Assembly: GCF_004010195.1 (NCBI RefSeq)
Contig: NC_057718.1
Span: forward strand, 2,738,996 to 2,793,139
Direction: 5' to 3'
Length of the DNA: 54,144 nucleotides
Source of the DNA: Chiloscyllium plagiosum
Taxonomy: Eukaryota
Shown: positions 49,165 to 54,144 of the stretch, piece after piece
Layout: every line of letters starts with the position of its first letter
Position numbering within the stretch: the first letter of the stretch is position 1
Program-made: the position numbers and the translations under genes
Notes under the pieces: generated by a model
Told to the model about the DNA's origin: nothing
Databases searched by the model: none
Seen by the model: only the letters and a program-made list of their open reading frames with translations

Positions 49165-49470
49165 GATTAGATTACAGTGTGGAAACAGGCCCTTCGGCCC
49201 AACAAGTCCACATCGACCCGCCGAAGCGCAACCCACCCATACCCCTACATTTGCCCCTTACCTAACACTACGGGCAATTTCCCATGGCCAATTCACCTGA
49301 CGTGCACATCTTTGGACTGTGGGAGGAAACCGGAGCACCCGGAGGAAACCCACGCAGACACGGGGAGAATGTGCAAACTCCACACAGACAGTCGCCTGAG
49401 GTGGGAATTGAACCCGGGTCCCTGGCGCTGTGAGGCAGCAGTGCTAACCACTGTGCCACCGTGCTGCCCC
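49165..49470 (-). mobile_element. V-SINE (HE1-like), young copy
   Basis: Reverse complement begins gggcagcacggtggcacagtggttagcactgctgcctcacagcgccagggacccgggttcaattcc. Confidence 0.88.
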
Positions 49471-50767
49471 AATGGGTGATGGTTAAACTTTGCCTTATTG
49501 GAGATGGGCATAGCCTGGCATTTGTTTGGCACGAATGTTACTTTCCCCTTACCAGCCCAAGCCTGGATAGTTTCCTGATCTTGCTTCATTTGAACATGAA
49601 CTGCTTCAGTATCTAAGAAATTGTCAATGGTGCTGAACCTGTTTAGCCATTGCGTGTAGGGTAATTTCTCAGTACCAGGATCATCCCAGTGAAACTTCTC
49701 TGATCTGCCACCAATGAAATGATATTTTTCCTTAAAAAGAGGAACAAAATTGCTCATTGTGCTCCAGATGTGGTCTGACCATCACCTTGTGGCACTGCAG
49801 TAAGACTTCCTAACTCTGATTGGCTAAATAAGGGCCAGAAGACACAGCAGGGGCTGAGTGTACAGTGACGTTACCTGAATAAAGGACAGCTCCTGATTAC
49901 AGTTTCCAGCCTCAGACCCTCCCCATTCCCTGTTCCCACCAGAGGCTCCTCGCTCCTTGCGCTTCCTTCTCCCTGTGATGTAATTATACTGGAAGGAGTG
50001 GAGAGGATACTGCCTGGGATGGAGCACTTCAGCCATGAGGAGAGGCTGGATACACTTGCAGTGTTTTCTCTGGAGTGAGAAGGCTGAGGGATGACCTGAC
50101 TGAGGAGTATAAGATGATAAGGGGCGTGGACACGTTGGATAGAAAGAATGTGTTCCCATTTAATTCAAAGGTCAATAATGAGATGTACAATTTTAAAGTG
50201 AAAGTCAGAAGGATTTGAGGATATTTGGGGAAAGATTCAATGGGCTGAAGGGCCTCTTCTCTGCTACCTTAATTGATGGCTTTGTCTCAGCTTCAATCCC
50301 AGTATCAGCTGTGGGTGCTCATGCAGAATGAGCCCCTTCCCTGGACCCATGCTCGATGTAGAGTGGTTCCCTTTAACCTGGATGCAGGTGCCCCTTTGTG
50401 CTCTCTGGTTTCATTCCCAATCCCTGGGAGACTCCCTGCAGATGTGGCACCTCACAGAGCAATCTCCCTGACTCTGCACATCCAGCCCAATGGCACTGAC
50501 ACCCTTTTGAGTCGAATGGAATTATTATCACTCATTCTTCAGGATAAAGCTCCACATTTCCCACAAGATCCTTCTCCCATTGCCACAAAAAATCCCCTTT
50601 CTCCCACCATTCACCAACATTGAACCACTTACTTCCTCCCCACAATGAATCCATCCCTGAGATCACTCTCCATCATCTCCTCAATATTCTTGATCACAAA
50701 TTGATTTCCAATTCATTCACTGGGCACAGTTATCACTGGGGGTGATTGTCATGTAAACTCTGCTTAC

Positions 50768-51105
50768 TGTCGATAATGAGCTGACTTCCTTCACCAGAGA
50801 CACTCCCCGAAACCCCACAGTAACTGACCCTAGTGCCTCTGGGCTGCACGTTAGTGATGGTCAGAATGAAGCTGTTATTGGAGGGGTCTCTGGAAGGCTG
50901 GAATCGCTCAGTGAATCCTGAGTACCATTGTGTGTTGTTCCTCATGTCATGTGTAAAAGTCTAGATCACCTTAATCCATCTTTCCAACCAATATCAGTAA
51001 ACACCATTGTGTGTCACTGCGGCGTTCCTCATGGTACACTGTAACAAGGCAATGTGACCCTCAGTGACATGTTCCAGGCTCGGAGACTAGAGAAAGACAT
51101 TTATG
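50768..51105 (-). pseudogene. V8: VJ-type V pseudo-exon
   Basis: ttttattttcaaAG / GTAAGC; SPSLEHVTEGHIALLQCTMRNAAVTHNGVY* (Trp to stop) ...RFQPSRDPSNNSFILTITNVQP...YCGVSGSVSGEGSQLIID. Three stops. Confidence 0.88.
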
Positions 51106-51531
51106 CTTTGAAAATAAAAAATACCAATAAATGAACAACAGTCTGATTGTTCTGTCTTTCCCATAGGCACAAGGTAGCTGAGGGAAATGGAGTAAACTGG
51201 ACTGAATGGAGACAAATGTAAGGGTCACAAGATTGTGCCCCTCCATCTCCGGGTAGAGGTTATGGAGCCAGTGATGATCCCAGGGTCAATCTGAGGGACC
51301 TACAGCTCAGTTAGTAATTTAGGGTGGGTCCCACTGGATGGTTGTCTCCCCTTGTCCAGCAATATTTCATCCCACTTCAGTGGAGATGCAGCACGGATTT
51401 GAAGGAACGCAGTTCTGGGTAAAGAATAAGAGAATACAGGCACAACAATCGCTGATTCTGGATGGCACATCAATTTGGTGATGACACCAAGATAAGGAAG
51501 AAAGTGAGTTATCAAGATGAGATGGAGACTC

Positions 51532-51568
<37 letters not shown>

Positions 51569-52499
51569 GAAATGATTAGGCAAAATGTGGCAAATGGAAT
51601 ATAATATTGTAAAATGCAATACAATTCTTCTTTTTGGAGAGTGTAGAAATTATTAAGTAGGTTGGTCAGAAGAATTAGAAGAGGAGTAAATCATTCAGCC
51701 CCGTGAGCCTGTTCCACCATTCAATGGAGTCACAGAGTCACAGTGTCATACAGCATAGAATCAGACCCTTCTGTCCGAACAGTCCATGGTGAACATAATC
51801 CTAAACTAAACTAGTCACACCTGCCGGCTCCTGGCCCATATCCCTCCAAACTTTTCCTATTCATATACTGATCCAAATGTCTTTTAAACATTGCAATTGG
51901 ACCCACATTGACCACTTCCTCAGGTAGTTCATTCCACCCTCAAACTACCCTCTGTGTAAATAAAAATACCCCTCATATCTTTTTTTAAAATCTCTCTCCT
52001 CTTAACTTAAAAATGGGCTCCCCAGTCTAGAGATCCCCCATCTTAGGGAAAAGACAATGACCATTAATTGTGTCGATATCTCCATCATTTTATAAACTTC
52101 TATCACGTAGCCTCTCAACCTCTTATGCTCTAGTGAGAAAAGTCCCAGCTTTTCCAGACTTTCTTTATAACTCAATTCTTCCATAGGCAACAACATCCTA
52201 CTAAATCACTTCACAACCATCTCCTGTTTAACAATATCCTTCCTATAATCGGGTGACCACAATTGGACACTGTATTCCAGAAGAGGCCTCACCAATATCT
52301 TATACAACCTCAATATCACTGTTGTCCCAACTCCTATAATCAAAGGACAAACCAATAAAGGCGAGCATGAAATGTCTTTTTAACCTCCCTGCCATCACCG
52401 TGTGAGGAAAACGTGAAAGAATTATGTACCAGCACCCCAAGGTCCTCGGCTGAACAAACAGTCTGCACATCCACTATCCTGCTCTTTCCTGGAAACTAA

Positions 52500-53793
52500 T
52501 CATAGAACATAGATCATAGAAAAGTACAGCACAGAACAGGCCTTTTGGCTCATGATGTTGTCCAAGATTTAATCCAAATGTAAAATATAGTAACAACCTA
52601 CACACCCCTCAACTCACTGCTAGCCATGTGCATGTCCAGCAATCGCTTAAATGTCCCCCATGACTCTGCTTCCACCACCACCAGTGGCAACGCATTCCAT
52701 GCATTCACAACTCTCTGTGTAAAAAACTTACCTCTGATGTCTCCTTTATATCTTCCTCCTAATATCTTCACACTATGACTTCTCGTACCAGTCAATCCTG
52801 CCCTGGGGAAAAAGTCTCTAGCTATTGACTCTATCTATTCCACTTAGTATTTTGTACACCTCTATCACCTGCACCTCTCTTCCTCCTTCTCTCTAGAGCG
52901 AAAAGTCCGAACATATTCAACCTTTCTTCATAGGGCAAGCCCTCCAGTCCAGGCAGCATCCTGGTAAACCTTCTTTGCACCCTCGCCAAAGCCTCTGTAT
53001 CTTTCCTATGAAAGGGCAACCAGAACTGGACACAATGTTCCAAGTGTAGCCTCATCAGAGATTTGTAGAGCTGCAGCAAAACCTTGCGGCTCTTAAACTC
53101 TATCCACTGTTGATGAAAGCCAAAACACCATATGCTTTCTTAATTCCCTATCCACTTGGGTGGAAACTTTGAGGGATCTATGTACTTGCACACCCAGATC
53201 CCTCTGTTCCTCCACACTGCCAAGAATTCTGTCTTTAATCCTATATGCAGCATTCAAGTTTGACCTTCCAAAATGCATCACATCGCATTTATCCAGGTTG
53301 AACTCCATCTGCCATTTTTCAGCCGAGCTCTGCATTCTGTCTATGTCACGCTGCAGCCTGCAGTAGCCCTCTATACTGTCGACGACACCTCCAACCTTTG
53401 TGTCATCTGCAAATTTGCTAACCCACCCCTCAACCTCCTCATCCAAGTCATTTATAAAAATTACAAAGAGCAGAGGCCCAAGAACAGAGCCCTGCAGGAC
53501 CCCACTCACCACTGACCTCCAGGCAGAATACTTTCCATCTACAACCACTTTCTGCCGTCTGTCAGCCAGTCAATTCTGAATCCAGATAGCCAAATCTTCC
53601 TGTATCCCATACTTCCTGACTTTATGAATGAGCCTACCATGGGGAACCCTATCAAATGCCTTGCTGAAATCCATACACACCACATCCACTGCTCGACCGT
53701 TGTCAATCTGTCTTGACACCTCCTCAAAGAACTCACTAAGATTTGTGAGGCATGACCTGCCCCTCACAAAGCCATGCTGACTGCCTTTATTCA
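52500..53793 (-). mobile_element. CR1 LINE RT 3' part
   Basis: [42 protein letters not shown]. Confidence 0.92.
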
Positions 53794-53794
53794 C

Positions 53795-54144
53795 AGCTGA
53801 AAAATGTGTTGCTGGAACAGCGCAGCAGGTCAGGCAGCATCCAAGGAGCAGGAGAATTGATGTTTCAGGCATAAGCCCTTCTTCAGGATTGAGGAGGGTG
53901 TGCCAAGCAGACTAAGATAAAAGGTAGGGAGGAGGGACTTGGGAGGGGGGCGTTGGGAATGCTATAGGTGGAAGGAGGTTAAGGTGAGGGTGAGGCCGGA
54001 GAGGGGGTGGGGCAGAGAGGTCGGGAAGAAGATTGCAGGTCAAGAAGGCGGTGCTGAGTCCGAAGGCTGGGACTGAGATAAGGTGGGGGGAGGGGAAATG
54101 AGGAAGCTGGAGAAATCTGCATTCATCCCTTGTGGTTGGAGGGT
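53795..54144 (-). mobile_element. Penelope terminal repeat abutting the CR1
   Basis: Same terminal sequence as 389-485, including a degenerate hammerhead motif. Confidence 0.8.

Noticed and set aside
49400-49470. tRNA-like sequence with A and B boxes (also at 31138, 13398 and 28900)
   Set aside because: These are heads of tRNA-derived SINEs continuing into SINE core and tail, not tRNA genes.

Overview
Repeat-dense eukaryotic DNA, most likely from a cartilaginous fish (shark-type CR1 LINEs, HE1-like V-SINEs, Penelope elements). Among the repeats lies a cluster of non-rearranging, antigen-receptor-like immunoglobulin-superfamily genes that the ORF track mostly misses because they are split into exons. 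There are eight single-exon V domains. Six end in a germline-encoded J-like G-strand, and I see no recombination signal sequences. On the + strand, three V exons (2950-3294, 5295-5636, 10273-10558) precede a transmembrane exon (12997-13147) and four small cytoplasmic exons. The cytoplasmic exons splice in frame into a canonical ITAM (DSAYM|ALQHWDRSIYSEL), split by a phase-0 intron. On the - strand are five more V exons, a 46-nt leader-like exon, and a duplicated V + TM(Arg) + 4-residue-tail module. Most ectodomain exons are pseudogenised, but the ITAM exons are intact. The rest of the window is Gypsy, class I ERV, Penelope (with minimal hammerhead ribozymes), CR1 and SINE debris, a 28-bp minisatellite and a 500-N gap. 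All exon models were read by eye and need transcript evidence.
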